Source of the DNA: a virus
Lineage: Duplodnaviria > Caudoviricetes
Reading direction: 5' to 3' (one strand)
DNA length: 56,459 nt
Virus record (IMG/VR): IMGVR_UViG_3300044617_001663
Span: 1 to 56,459 of that record
Shown: one piece after another, positions 29,918-39,712 of the stretch
Position numbering within the stretch: the stretch's first letter is position 1
Layout of the letters: every line of letters starts with the position of its first letter
The notes under the pieces: generated by a model
The model's database searches: none
Seen by the model: only the letters and a program-made list of their open reading frames with translations
What the model was told of the DNA's origin: nothing
Program-made: the position numbers and the translations under genes

Positions 29918-31540
29918 ATGGCTTTCAAATTATTCGGGTACAGTTTTACCAAAGAATCAAAAGAAAATTTAATATCTTTCGTTCCGGAAGATCTAAATGA
30001 TGGCTCATCGATTATCGCAGCAGGCGGTACGATGGGCTATTATGTAGATCTTGATGGAACAATTCGTAGTGATATAGAATTAATAAAAAGATATAGAGAA
30101 ATGTCTCTCCATGCAGAGATTGAACTTGCAATTGATGATATTATAAATGAAGCAATTGCAGATGATGCTACGGGAAGATATGTAACTTTAGATCTAGATA
30201 AAACAAATCTTCCTCCTATCATAAGACAAATTATAATTGAAGAATTTGAAAGAATTTTAACTTTATTAAATTTTAATCGTTATGGAAAAGAACTTTTCCG
30301 TAAATGGTATATCGATGGTAGATTATATTTTCATAAAATATTAGGAGATGATCCAAGAGAAGGAATTAAAGAATTAAGACAAATTGATCCCATCTACATC
30401 AAAAAAGTAAGAGAAGTTAGAAAGAATGATCAAGTTCTTGGAGTACCAGTTGTAGAGCAAGTCGATGAATATTATTTGTTTTCTGCATTTGAAAAATCAA
30501 ATGCATATGATACTCAAGGATTGAAGATTTCGGTAGATTCTATTTCATATTGCCATTCTGGTCTTTACGATGCGCAATCTAAACGTGTGGTAGGCTATCT
30601 TCACAAAGCAATCAAGCCACTCAATCAATTAAGAATGATTGAAGATGCTACAGTCATTTATCGCATATCCCGTGCTCCAGAAAGAAGAGTATTTTACATA
30701 GACGTAGGTTCTCTACCAAAAAATAAAGCAGAACAATATCTTCGTGATATTATGAATAAGTTCCGCAATAAAGTTGTTTATGATGCAGCAACCGGAGAAG
30801 TTCGTGATGATCGTAAACATATGCACATGTTAGAAGATTTCTGGCTTCCACGTAGAGAAGGTGGTCGTGGTACTCAAATTGAAACTCTTCCTGCAGGACA
30901 AAATCTAGGAGAGATGGGCGATGTTCTTTATTTTCAAAAGAATTTATGGAGGGCATTAAATATCCCAATGACTCGTATGGAAGCCGAAAATGGTTTCAAT
31001 ATGGGAAGATCCTCCGAAATTACAAGAGATGAATTAAAATTCTCAAAATTTATTAATTCATTAAGAATGAAATTTTCAGATTTCTTTCTTGATATTCTCA
31101 AAACTCAATTACTTGCAAAACAAGTTATGAGTCAAGAGGATTGGGAGGCAATAGAACAAAAAATTACGTTTGTTTTTTCGACCGATTCATACTTTACAGA
31201 ATCAAAACAAGCAGAAATAATGAAAGATCGTCTTGCAATGCTTAGAGATGCTGCTGACTTTGTAGGAAGATATTACTCTGAAAGATGGGTAAGAAAGAAT
31301 ATTCTACGTCAAACAGAAGATGATATAGATGAAATGAACGCCGAAATTGAAGTAGATAGGCAAAAAGAACTTGAGAGACAACAACAAGAAATGGCTATGC
31401 AAGCAGAACAACAAGCTCAAATGCAACAGCAACAACAGGGAGCCCCTGCAGAAGGTCAAGAGCAAACTCCAACCGGAGAAGCGACTGCAACTTCCTCTAC
31501 ATTAGGAGAAATAGTTTTCGATGCCAGCAGCTTACTATGA
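29918..31540 (+). CDS. gp20: Portal protein gp20
   Basis: FRKWYIDGRL; YLHKAIKPLNQLRMIEDA.VIYRISRAPERRVFYIDVG; MLEDFWLPRREGGRGT. Confidence 0.98.
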   Translation: MAFKLFGYSFTKESKENLISFVPEDLNDGSSIIAAGGTMGYYVDLDGTIRSDIELIKRYREMSLHAEIELAIDDIINEAIADDATGRYVTLDLDKTNLPPIIRQIIIEEFERILTLLNFNRYGKELFRKWYIDGRLYFHKILGDDPREGIKELRQIDPIYIKKVREVRKNDQVLGVPVVEQVDEYYLFSAFEKSNAYDTQGLKISVDSISYCHSGLYDAQSKRVVGYLHKAIKPLNQLRMIEDATVIYRISRAPERRVFYIDVGSLPKNKAEQYLRDIMNKFRNKVVYDAATGEVRDDRKHMHMLEDFWLPRREGGRGTQIETLPAGQNLGEMGDVLYFQKNLWRALNIPMTRMEAENGFNMGRSSEITRDELKFSKFINSLRMKFSDFFLDILKTQLLAKQVMSQEDWEAIEQKITFVFSTDSYFTESKQAEIMKDRLAMLRDAADFVGRYYSERWVRKNILRQTEDDIDEMNAEIEVDRQKELERQQQEMAMQAEQQAQMQQQQQGAPAEGQEQTPTGEATATSSTLGEIVFDASSLL

Positions 31541-32027
31541 CATAACAACTGACGAAGGTGCAACATTTCGTTTAAAACTAAAGTACATGGATACTTTTGG
31601 TAAAGTTTATAATTTAATTGATCCTGTACCACCATTTGGTTTTGAGGAAAGATTCACTACAAATGATCCTAACAATCCATATCAAATTAAAGCATATGCC
31701 AGAATGGAAGTTCGCAACTCACACGACGGACAGATAGTTGGATTGGTTGGCACACCCGGAACTTCAATTGAAAATACATTAAGTGGAAATTCTGAATATA
31801 CAGTATCTCCTATAAAAATAGAATTAGGTGATGGTGGAACTTCACAAACTGAACCAAACATAATAATAACAATTGAAGCAGCAAAAATGGCAAGAGTTCA
31901 ATACGGAAGATATCTTTATGATATTGATATATGTTTTACACAGGATATCGTAGGTCATCCGAATGAAGTTATATTTAAAATATTACAGGGTAGATTCATA
32001 GTAAATCCAAGTATCACTAGACAGTAA
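31521..32027 (+). CDS. Beta-sandwich adapter-like virion protein (paralog of 51892..52305)
   Basis: AAYYDI..DEGATF...ARMEVR...G.YLYDI...ILQGRFIV pattern of phage fibre/collar adapters. Confidence 0.55.
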   Translation: MPAAYYDITTDEGATFRLKLKYMDTFGKVYNLIDPVPPFGFEERFTTNDPNNPYQIKAYARMEVRNSHDGQIVGLVGTPGTSIENTLSGNSEYTVSPIKIELGDGGTSQTEPNIIITIEAAKMARVQYGRYLYDIDICFTQDIVGHPNEVIFKILQGRFIVNPSITRQ

Positions 32028-32030
32028 AAA

Positions 32031-34961
32031 ATGCAAGATTTTTTAATAGAAGTTATAAATTATGTCCCATCTTACTATCCTTTCACAGAAAGAGATGGTT
32101 CTATTGGAATTGCTGACTTCTATGCCCAACAGCCAGTATCAAACTTCAAAAAATTGCATGATGATCCTGTTTATAGAAACTTTCAAGCAACTTGTGATGT
32201 CATAGGAGTTCCTGTTGGGCCTTGCAATAAGTTATTGAAAGGTACGCAACTTGAATGCGTAAGAAAACCACCTCCATCAATAAGTCCACCTCCAATATGT
32301 CAAGACAATAATGGAATTACATTACCATGCCGTTGCAGTTGCACCGGCTCTTGTCTTTATAGAGAAGGGAAAACATCAGACTATATTGAGGATTGGGATA
32401 GGCAAGAATTATTGGAATTAATTGATTCTGTAAGATTGTTTCCAGAAATCGATACAACAGATTTAAATAATACTTCTATTGATAACAATTACAATAGATT
32501 GATAACTCATGAACTTGCAGGAAATGCTTATTGGATAGGATTACCACCATCTTGTGATGGAATTTGGATAACAATAGTAAGTTGTGAAGACTCGGAATTT
32601 ATAGGATTTTACGAATTAACTTCTCCTGTATTTGGTATTGGAAATCAAGTAGAATTAAAAGGCAGAGGGCAAAGAGTAAAAATAGAAACAGAAACTCCTG
32701 GAGTTTACAAAAAATATCAAGTATATTATTCTTATGAATTTGAATATAAACTAGAAATTACTCCTCCAAATCAAATGACTTTTAGATTGGCAGATTCCAA
32801 TATAATTCAAAATGCAGAAAATGATGATTTCCAATCAAATCTTGCAGAAGAGGAAATTAATACATATTCTCGTTTTTGTTATGATGAATTTGTGTCATTT
32901 ACTGCTAGAAGTTGCATAAAAAATAATAGTACACAAGGAACTCTAGGAAAAATACCTTGTGTTTGCGAAGAAGAATTCAACACAAGTTTTAATACTTCTG
33001 ATGCAGTCAAATATGTTTTGAAAAAGGATGTTCCATATGAAAGATTGCAATATGGAACATTTTCTTATGAAAATGAAGAAACACAAATTGCAATGAATGC
33101 CTCATTTGATGAAGTTCCTCCTCCAGATGGGCTTGCTTCTAATACTTTAATTTACGAATTTTATGACGCTTTTTCCAGAGATGTCATAAGATGGAATCAA
33201 TCTGGAACTTGGGAAGATAGTAATCAAGAGGAAAACTGGTATTCGTGGGAAAGAAAACAACCACTTGATGCATTCATATGGGATAATGAAAAAATTTACA
33301 ATTCTTGCTATGATCTTTTAAGTCAAAAGAAAAGAGAAAATCTAAGAGATGAAGTTCCACCATGCGAAAACGTAATGTGTGGAAGAGTTGAAATTAATGC
33401 AAATCCAAATGGATCAAAATTTAGTAATTGGAAAAATGCTATAGAGAATAATAATTTTACAGGTATTACTTCTGCACAAATTTTAGAATGGAATATGTTC
33501 TCCAAATTTGGATTCCCAACTGCTTATGTTTATAATCCTTTTGCCTCTAACCAACTCAAAGATTTATGGTATGATGAAATAAACAATAGGTTTATAGATG
33601 GTGGGACATTCAAGGCAGAAAAATCTCAATTTACGATTCCGTGTTTTCCAAAAATAAAGTGCGAACAAGGATTTATCCGAGTTACAAACGTATTGGATGT
33701 TGCAAGACCTTGTTCATTAAAATATGGTGGTCAATGGACAAATGAAAATACGGGTGAAATAACAACAACGACTGCAGGGGGAGCAATCCATGATTTATTT
33801 GTTGGAATTGACTTCAGACCCAATTCAGGTTGTTCTGAAACTTGTCCTGAATGTTCCCCTGCAGATTGCTGTGTAAGTAAGAATGGTTCTTTTGAAATAA
33901 TTTCAGGACCAATAGGTTTAGTTGCATATAACACTATTTCAGTAACTGAAGATGAAAATTCTGATTTGCAAATTAAAGAGGCAATTAAGAGTCTTGACTT
34001 GACTTTTATGGAATGCTACTTGGAAAACTGCAATAGTAGAGGTCTAGAACTAAATTATAAAAATTGCATTGAAAATAATTTATCTCCCGATGATTGTGAT
34101 GGAACTTTAGAAGATTGCTGCAAGCAATATGCTATAGAAGCATGTATAGCACAATATGAAAATAATGATAATTTTGCTTGCAATAATCAAAGTATAACGG
34201 AAGCAAATTTCACAAGAATACAAGAATTCGTGTGGAATTTCAAAGGTTCTCCTCTTTCATCGTGCAATGAAAATCCTCAATTGGGTGCTCCATTCCAGTG
34301 CGCATATGAAGTTAATCCATTAAGACCAAGTAATCTGTACTACACTGAAATATACGAAGGTCAATGCTTGGTAAGCACTACAAGAGGAGATTCTTCATGT
34401 AATGATGGAAATGAATATTGTGAAATAGTAACTAAAGATAAAAGAACATCACCATTATATTTCGCAGGGAATACTAAATCAACTCATACATGTCCAATAA
34501 CCTTCTGCAGCAAATGTATAGAAGGAACTACTTCTGATTGTTCCTGTTGCGGAATTAATAACATAACAAGCAAAGAAAATAGATCAAGTCAATCAGTATT
34601 TAATGATTGTGGTTCTTGTTCTGGTAATGAAAAATGTTGCCCAGAATGCTGCTCAGTATGCAATGAATTTGGAAATGATGCTTGTGGATTAAATTCACAA
34701 TTTATTAGTCCAAATTGGTCATCAGAAATGCCATGTGGTGTTCCCCCTTGCGAATGGTATTACTTGGACTGGCTAGATTGTGTTCAAAAATGCTTACCCG
34801 GAGATCTTTCGGGAAATGATTGTGAAAATGCATGTTCATATAATCCCAATTTTGAATGTAATTGCGATGATTTATATCAAAAATATCAAGATTGTGATGT
34901 AGATGAAGAATATAGCGATGATGGTACTACAAATAGCGGGGGATTTGGTGGTTCAATTTAA
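32031..34961 (+). CDS. Large acidic cysteine-rich protein, putative virion decoration
   Basis: 976 aa with about 60 Cys (manual count), many CC and CxxC; lies in the head gene cluster. Confidence 0.5.
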   Translation: MQDFLIEVINYVPSYYPFTERDGSIGIADFYAQQPVSNFKKLHDDPVYRNFQATCDVIGVPVGPCNKLLKGTQLECVRKPPPSISPPPICQDNNGITLPCRCSCTGSCLYREGKTSDYIEDWDRQELLELIDSVRLFPEIDTTDLNNTSIDNNYNRLITHELAGNAYWIGLPPSCDGIWITIVSCEDSEFIGFYELTSPVFGIGNQVELKGRGQRVKIETETPGVYKKYQVYYSYEFEYKLEITPPNQMTFRLADSNIIQNAENDDFQSNLAEEEINTYSRFCYDEFVSFTARSCIKNNSTQGTLGKIPCVCEEEFNTSFNTSDAVKYVLKKDVPYERLQYGTFSYENEETQIAMNASFDEVPPPDGLASNTLIYEFYDAFSRDVIRWNQSGTWEDSNQEENWYSWERKQPLDAFIWDNEKIYNSCYDLLSQKKRENLRDEVPPCENVMCGRVEINANPNGSKFSNWKNAIENNNFTGITSAQILEWNMFSKFGFPTAYVYNPFASNQLKDLWYDEINNRFIDGGTFKAEKSQFTIPCFPKIKCEQGFIRVTNVLDVARPCSLKYGGQWTNENTGEITTTTAGGAIHDLFVGIDFRPNSGCSETCPECSPADCCVSKNGSFEIISGPIGLVAYNTISVTEDENSDLQIKEAIKSLDLTFMECYLENCNSRGLELNYKNCIENNLSPDDCDGTLEDCCKQYAIEACIAQYENNDNFACNNQSITEANFTRIQEFVWNFKGSPLSSCNENPQLGAPFQCAYEVNPLRPSNLYYTEIYEGQCLVSTTRGDSSCNDGNEYCEIVTKDKRTSPLYFAGNTKSTHTCPITFCSKCIEGTTSDCSCCGINNITSKENRSSQSVFNDCGSCSGNEKCCPECCSVCNEFGNDACGLNSQFISPNWSSEMPCGVPPCEWYYLDWLDCVQKCLPGDLSGNDCENACSYNPNFECNCDDLYQKYQDCDVDEEYSDDGTTNSGGFGGSI

Positions 34962-34973
34962 ACAATAAACTAT

Positions 34974-34981
34974 TATATATA
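34974..34981 (+). promoter_or_regulatory. Late promoter variant TATATATA
   Basis: Intergenic, followed by AGGAG and the ATG at 35000. Confidence 0.55.
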
Positions 34982-34999
34982 CAAATATAGGAGATTTTT

Positions 35000-35176
35000 A
35001 TGGACACTTCAAATATTATAAAAAATATAGCATTCGGCAACTATGAGGCTGCTAAAGATGCTATTAATCACGCTTTATTAACAAAAACCGCAATGGCACT
35101 TGATGAAAAGAAAAAAGAAGTAGCCAAAAAGATGTACTGTGAAGAATGTAATTCTTCAAAAAAAATTAAGGATTAA
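35000..35176 (+). CDS. Prohead core protein (gp67-like), not in the supplied ORF track
   Basis: 58 aa MDTSNIIKNIAFGNYEAAKDAINHALLTKTAMALDEKKKEVAKKMYCEECNSSKKIKD with AGGAG SD, just before the protease gene. Confidence 0.7.
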   Translation: MDTSNIIKNIAFGNYEAAKDAINHALLTKTAMALDEKKKEVAKKMYCEECNSSKKIKD

Positions 35177-35185
35177 TGTCTTAAA

Positions 35186-35827
35186 ATGAAACTAATAACA
35201 GAAACAACACACGATTTAAAATATCTTGCAGAAGAAACTGCTGGTGGAAAAAACTACCGCATTGAGGGAGTTTTCATGCAAGCAAATACAAAAAATCGTA
35301 ATGGTAGAATTTACGAATCAAATATATTAAATAAAGAAGTTGGCCGTTATTTAAAAGAATATGTACAAAATAACCGTGCTATGGGAGAATTGGGTCACCC
35401 TGAAGGTCCAACACTCAATTTGGAAAGAGTTTCCCATCTTATCACAGATCTTAAAATTAATGGAAATGATGTAATTGGAACTGCAAAAGTTCTTGGTACA
35501 CCATATGGAAAAATTGTAGAAAATCTTATTGATTCTGGCGTAAAACTAGGCGTTTCTAGCCGTGGCATGGGTTCTCTAAAAGAAGTAAATGGCGTTCAGA
35601 TGGTACAAGAAGACTTCATGCTAGCAGCCGTTGACATTGTAGCCGATCCCTCTGCCCCTAATGCCTTCGTAAATGGCATCATGGAAGGTAAGGAATGGGT
35701 ATGGGAAAATGGTTCATTTAAACAAGTAGATCTTGAAAATGCCAGAAGAATAATACAAAAAACATCAAAAAGAAACCTAGAAGAACAAAAATTAGAGATA
35801 TTTAAGAGATTTTTAGGTCATATTTGA
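35186..35827 (+). CDS. gp21: Prohead protease gp21
   Basis: MKLITE; IEGVFMQA..KNRNGRIY; RAMGELGHP; GVSSRGMGSL; DIVADPSAPNAFV. Confidence 0.97.
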   Translation: MKLITETTHDLKYLAEETAGGKNYRIEGVFMQANTKNRNGRIYESNILNKEVGRYLKEYVQNNRAMGELGHPEGPTLNLERVSHLITDLKINGNDVIGTAKVLGTPYGKIVENLIDSGVKLGVSSRGMGSLKEVNGVQMVQEDFMLAAVDIVADPSAPNAFVNGIMEGKEWVWENGSFKQVDLENARRIIQKTSKRNLEEQKLEIFKRFLGHI

Positions 35828-35839
35828 AAAGTTAAATAT

Positions 35840-35847
35840 TATAAATA
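35840..35847 (+). promoter_or_regulatory. Late promoter TATAAATA for gp22
   Basis: Exact consensus in an intergenic gap. Confidence 0.8.
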
Positions 35848-35874
35848 ACTAAGATAATGAAATAGGAGAATTCA

Positions 35875-37080
35875 ATGGATCCCAAGAAAATAGCAGAAGA
35901 AATAATGGAACACCTCTTCGCAAAACAAGAAGAAACTCTTGTTGAGGAAATGGATGAAGAAGAGGGCGATGAAGAGGAAGAAGAGGGTGAAGAAGAGGAA
36001 GCAGAAGATTCTTACGAAGAAGATTCAGAGGAAGAGTCAGAAGATTCAGAGGAAGAATCAGATGATGAAGATTCCTATGAAACAGAAGAAGCAGAGTCCG
36101 CTGGTTCTGGGGATGCATCAAAAAATGCAGCATCAGTTTCAATGAAACCATCAATGGCTTCACCATCAATGGTTGGTGGTAAAGTAAGCCAAGGAGATGC
36201 AGATTTAACAGGTAAAGGTTCAAGAGATGCATTTGGAAAAGGCCAAATGGAACTTTCCGCTGATGTTCCTGTTGATGCTATGAAAAATCAAGCAACACTT
36301 CAAATGAAACCAGTTGATTTTTCTCTTGACAAGAGCAAATTGTCAGAGGATATCAAGATTCTTTTCGGTGGAAATGAAGAATTATCCGAAGAATTCGTCA
36401 ATAAAGCAACAGATCTTTATGAAGCATCAATGATGACAAATCTTCAAGCAATCACTGAAGAACTCACAAACCAATATCAAGAAGCACTTGTAGAACAAGT
36501 CGATCAAGTAAGAGAAATTCTTGAAGAACAAATTGATGCATATCTTTCATATGTCGTAGAAGAATGGATGAAAGAAAATGCTCTTACAGTTGAAAATGGT
36601 CTTCGCACAGAAATTGCAGAAGAATTCATTGGAAATCTTAAGAATCTTTTCCAATCTTCATATATTTCAGTTCCAGAGGAAAAAACAGATCTTGTTGCTG
36701 AAATGATGAATTCTTTAGAGACTTACGAAGTTAGAGTCAATGAAGAAATTGAAAAGAACATGCAACTCAAAGAGCACATTGATGCACTCACTGCACTCAA
36801 TGTATTCAATGAAGAAACAAAATCTTTAAATAATCTTGACATTGAAAAAGTTCGTTCTTTAGTTGAAAATCTAGAGTACGAAAACGAATCAGATTTCCGC
36901 GAAAAAGTTCAAGTAATTGTTGAAGGTTATGTAAAGAATAAAAATTCAGGAAAAACAAGTTCAAAAATTTCAAAAATAATTGAACAAGTTCAAGATACTT
37001 CAAATACACAAGAAATACAGCCAATAAATGAATCTATTAGTTTGTATTCACATGTTTTGAATAGATCAATTAATGGTTAA
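35875..37080 (+). CDS. gp22: Prohead scaffold protein gp22
   Basis: LSEEF..KA...YEA; DAYLSYVVEEWMKEN.L.VENGLRTEIAEEF; acidic N-terminus; between gp21 and gp23. Confidence 0.92.
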   Translation: MDPKKIAEEIMEHLFAKQEETLVEEMDEEEGDEEEEEGEEEEAEDSYEEDSEEESEDSEEESDDEDSYETEEAESAGSGDASKNAASVSMKPSMASPSMVGGKVSQGDADLTGKGSRDAFGKGQMELSADVPVDAMKNQATLQMKPVDFSLDKSKLSEDIKILFGGNEELSEEFVNKATDLYEASMMTNLQAITEELTNQYQEALVEQVDQVREILEEQIDAYLSYVVEEWMKENALTVENGLRTEIAEEFIGNLKNLFQSSYISVPEEKTDLVAEMMNSLETYEVRVNEEIEKNMQLKEHIDALTALNVFNEETKSLNNLDIEKVRSLVENLEYENESDFREKVQVIVEGYVKNKNSGKTSSKISKIIEQVQDTSNTQEIQPINESISLYSHVLNRSING

Positions 37081-37105
37081 TTTTAATAGTCAAAATAAAA
37101 CATTT

Positions 37106-37113
37106 TATATATA
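37106..37113 (+). promoter_or_regulatory. Late promoter variant TATATATA for gp23
   Basis: Intergenic, upstream of AAGGAG and the capsid gene. Confidence 0.6.
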
Positions 37114-37146
37114 GTATTGTAATAAAAATATTAAGGAGAATCGAAG

Positions 37147-38625
37147 ATGGACCCCAAAACCGTCACCCTAACAGAGTCAGTAAAAAATAAGTGGAAGCCA
37201 ATTGTCGAGCACAAGGCTCTCCCTGCAATTCAAGACAATTATCGCAAGGCAGTAACCACAGTTCTCCTTGAGAATCAAGAACAATTCCTCCGTGAAACCT
37301 TCCAAGGTGTAACCGGTGGAAACCTTGGTACTTTCGGTGGCGGTGCTCTTAATAGCACAGGTCAACCAACAGGTGGAACCAGCAGCATCGATGCATTCGA
37401 TCCAATCCTAATCAGCTTGGTTCGTCGTTCAATGCCAAATCTCATGGCATACGATCTCGCTGGCGTTCAACCAATGACTGGTCCTACAGGTCTTATCTTC
37501 GCAATGAAGACCCGTTACGGTGGTACAAGATCTGGCACTGAAGCATTCTTCGGTGAAGCAAATACTGCTCACTCAGGTGCTTCTGGTACAGCAGCAGGTC
37601 AAATGGATGACCTCTTTGCTAATGACGTAGCCAACACTTCAGCAGGCGTATTTGATGCAGGCAAGCCATTAGCCACAACAACCGCTGAGGGTCTTGGTGC
37701 TGGTCAATATCAAAATGTTAATGGAAGTACAAATGTCACTTCTGATAACTTCAACGAGATGTCTTTCTCAATTGAGAAGACAGCAGTTCAAGCCAAGACA
37801 CGTGCTCTCAAAGCAGAGTACACAGTCGAACTTGCACAAGACCTCAAAGCAGTTCACGGTCTTGATGCTGAGTCAGAACTTGCTAACATTCTCAGCACAG
37901 AGATTCTTTTTGAAATCAATCGTGAACTAGTTCGCACAATCTATGACGTTGCTCGTCTCGGTTGCCAACAAGCAGATCTTACTGGTAAGACAGCAAATAC
38001 AGGTGGATTGAATGCAAACAAAGGTGGCGGTATCTACGATCTAGAACTTGACTCTGACGGTCGTTGGTCAGCAGAGAAGTTCCGTGGTCTTCAATTCCAA
38101 ATCGAACGTGAATGCAACGTAATCGGTGCAGAAACACGTCGTGGTCGTGGAAACTTCATCGTATGCTCACCTGACGTTGTTTCTGCTCTCTCAATGAGCG
38201 GAATTCTCAACACAGAGCCAGCATTCCGTCCTGATATGAACACTGATGTCAATGGCAACACCCTTGCAGGTACAATTGCAGGCGGCAAAGTAAAGGTCTA
38301 CATCGATCCTTACTCAATGCCAACATCAATTGAAACCTACACACCAATCAACTTCGTTTGCGTTGGTTACAAAGGTACAAGCCCATACGATGCAGGTATC
38401 TTCTATTGCCCATACGTACCTCTACAAATGGTCCGTGCAATCGATCCTGGTTCATTCCAACCCAAGATTGGTTTCAAGACTCGTTACGGAATGGTTTCAA
38501 ATCCATTCGTAATGAACTCTACTCAAACACCAGACGGTATGAATCTCGGTCGTAGACTCAATCACTACTACCGCATCTTCAGAGTCGATAACCTCCACGG
38601 TAACGACGCATCATACGGTGGCTGA
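37147..38625 (+). CDS. gp23: Major capsid protein gp23
   Basis: DPILISLVRRSMPNLMAYD.AGVQPMTGPTGLIFAM; RALKAEYT.ELAQDLKAVHGLDAE; YCPYVPLQMVRA; FQPKIGFKTRYG. Confidence 0.99.
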   Translation: MDPKTVTLTESVKNKWKPIVEHKALPAIQDNYRKAVTTVLLENQEQFLRETFQGVTGGNLGTFGGGALNSTGQPTGGTSSIDAFDPILISLVRRSMPNLMAYDLAGVQPMTGPTGLIFAMKTRYGGTRSGTEAFFGEANTAHSGASGTAAGQMDDLFANDVANTSAGVFDAGKPLATTTAEGLGAGQYQNVNGSTNVTSDNFNEMSFSIEKTAVQAKTRALKAEYTVELAQDLKAVHGLDAESELANILSTEILFEINRELVRTIYDVARLGCQQADLTGKTANTGGLNANKGGGIYDLELDSDGRWSAEKFRGLQFQIERECNVIGAETRRGRGNFIVCSPDVVSALSMSGILNTEPAFRPDMNTDVNGNTLAGTIAGGKVKVYIDPYSMPTSIETYTPINFVCVGYKGTSPYDAGIFYCPYVPLQMVRAIDPGSFQPKIGFKTRYGMVSNPFVMNSTQTPDGMNLGRRLNHYYRIFRVDNLHGNDASYGG

Positions 38626-38648
38626 TAGAATATAAAATTCTAAGATTC

Positions 38649-38684
38649 AAGGGAGAGGGTTAAAAACCTCTCCCTTTTTCTTTT
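38649..38684 (+). terminator. Intrinsic terminator after gp23
   Basis: 10-bp stem AAGGGAGAGG/CCTCTCCCTT, 8-nt loop, followed by a T-rich tract. Confidence 0.9.
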
Positions 38685-38692
38685 CCTAAATA
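38685..38692 (+). promoter_or_regulatory. Candidate late promoter CCTAAATA for gp3
   Basis: TAAATA core directly after the terminator and before GGGAG and the ATG at 38707. Confidence 0.55.
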
Positions 38693-38706
38693 TTCTGGGA
38701 GATATT

Positions 38707-39255
38707 ATGGTTCCATTTAGTCAAAGAATTTTAGAAAGTGCTATTCTAGCAAAAAAGAACACAAACTTTTTGCAGGCAAATGAATTTCGTTTGGTATTTC
38801 ATAGAATACCAAATGTTGTTTATTTTTGTCAATCCATAAAGATACCGGAAATATCATTTGGAAATACTGTGCAACCCTCCATGTTTGCCACACCAATTCG
38901 TGTCCCCGGAACAAAAATACAATATGGTTCATTTGATGTTTCTTTTCCAGTTTCAGAAGACATGAAAAATTGGTTAGAAATATTTAATTGGATTACAAAA
39001 ATACCTGCAAATAGAGATTTTAGTGGTTATACAGAATATAAAGAGGCATTCTCTGATGCCACTTTAATTTTGCTAAACAGTGTTTCAAAACCATTTATAA
39101 AAGTAGATTTTATAAACTGCTTTCCTACCGATCTTGCAGAATTAACTCTTACAACTACTGTCTCTGATATTAATCCAGTTTTATCTCAAGCCTCTTTCGC
39201 TTACAGTGGTTATGTGGTAGAATACATAGATAAGTCCTTGGAGTCTGTATCTTAA
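38707..39255 (+). CDS. gp3: Tail tube terminator / completion protein gp3
   Basis: NFLQ.N.F......IPNVVYFCQS..IP; F.VSEDMKNWLEIFNWI; SDATLILL; FP.DL. Confidence 0.9.
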   Translation: MVPFSQRILESAILAKKNTNFLQANEFRLVFHRIPNVVYFCQSIKIPEISFGNTVQPSMFATPIRVPGTKIQYGSFDVSFPVSEDMKNWLEIFNWITKIPANRDFSGYTEYKEAFSDATLILLNSVSKPFIKVDFINCFPTDLAELTLTTTVSDINPVLSQASFAYSGYVVEYIDKSLESVS

Positions 39256-39274
39256 ACTTTAACTAATTTATATT

Positions 39275-39712
39275 ATGAATATTGAAACATATCGTGAAAT
39301 GCTAGAGCAAGATTTGAAGTTTGATGAAATTAAACTGGATATTGAATCACTGAGAATTCCACAACTTCACGGAAAGTATCTTAATTTTTATCATAACGAA
39401 AAGAGAAATCTGCACATTCTTAAAAAGAACAAAGCAAATCTTTTTAAATTGAAGTGGGAATACTATACAGGAAGAATTTCAAAAGAAGATCTAGATGCAA
39501 ACAAATGGGAAGCATTCGATCATAAGATTCTGAGACAAGATGTAGATCTTTATCTTGAATCTGACAAAGATCTACAGGAATTAGATTCTAAAATATTTTT
39601 AGTTGAAGAAAAAGTGGATTATTTAGAATCAATTCTAAAAACAATCTCCAATCGTCAATTTCATATAAGAGATGCTATTGCTTGGAGAAAATTCATAAAT
39701 GGCGTAGTATGA
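39275..39712 (+). CDS. uvsY: Recombination mediator UvsY
   Basis: LD.ESLRIPQLHGKYL; KWEYYTG; R.F.I.DAI.WRKF. Confidence 0.93.
   Translation: MNIETYREMLEQDLKFDEIKLDIESLRIPQLHGKYLNFYHNEKRNLHILKKNKANLFKLKWEYYTGRISKEDLDANKWEAFDHKILRQDVDLYLESDKDLQELDSKIFLVEEKVDYLESILKTISNRQFHIRDAIAWRKFINGVV

Noticed and set aside
20801-34961. Diversity-generating retroelement targeting the Cys-rich proteins
   Set aside because: No reverse transcriptase and no template/variable repeat pair was seen in this window; one elsewhere in the genome cannot be excluded.
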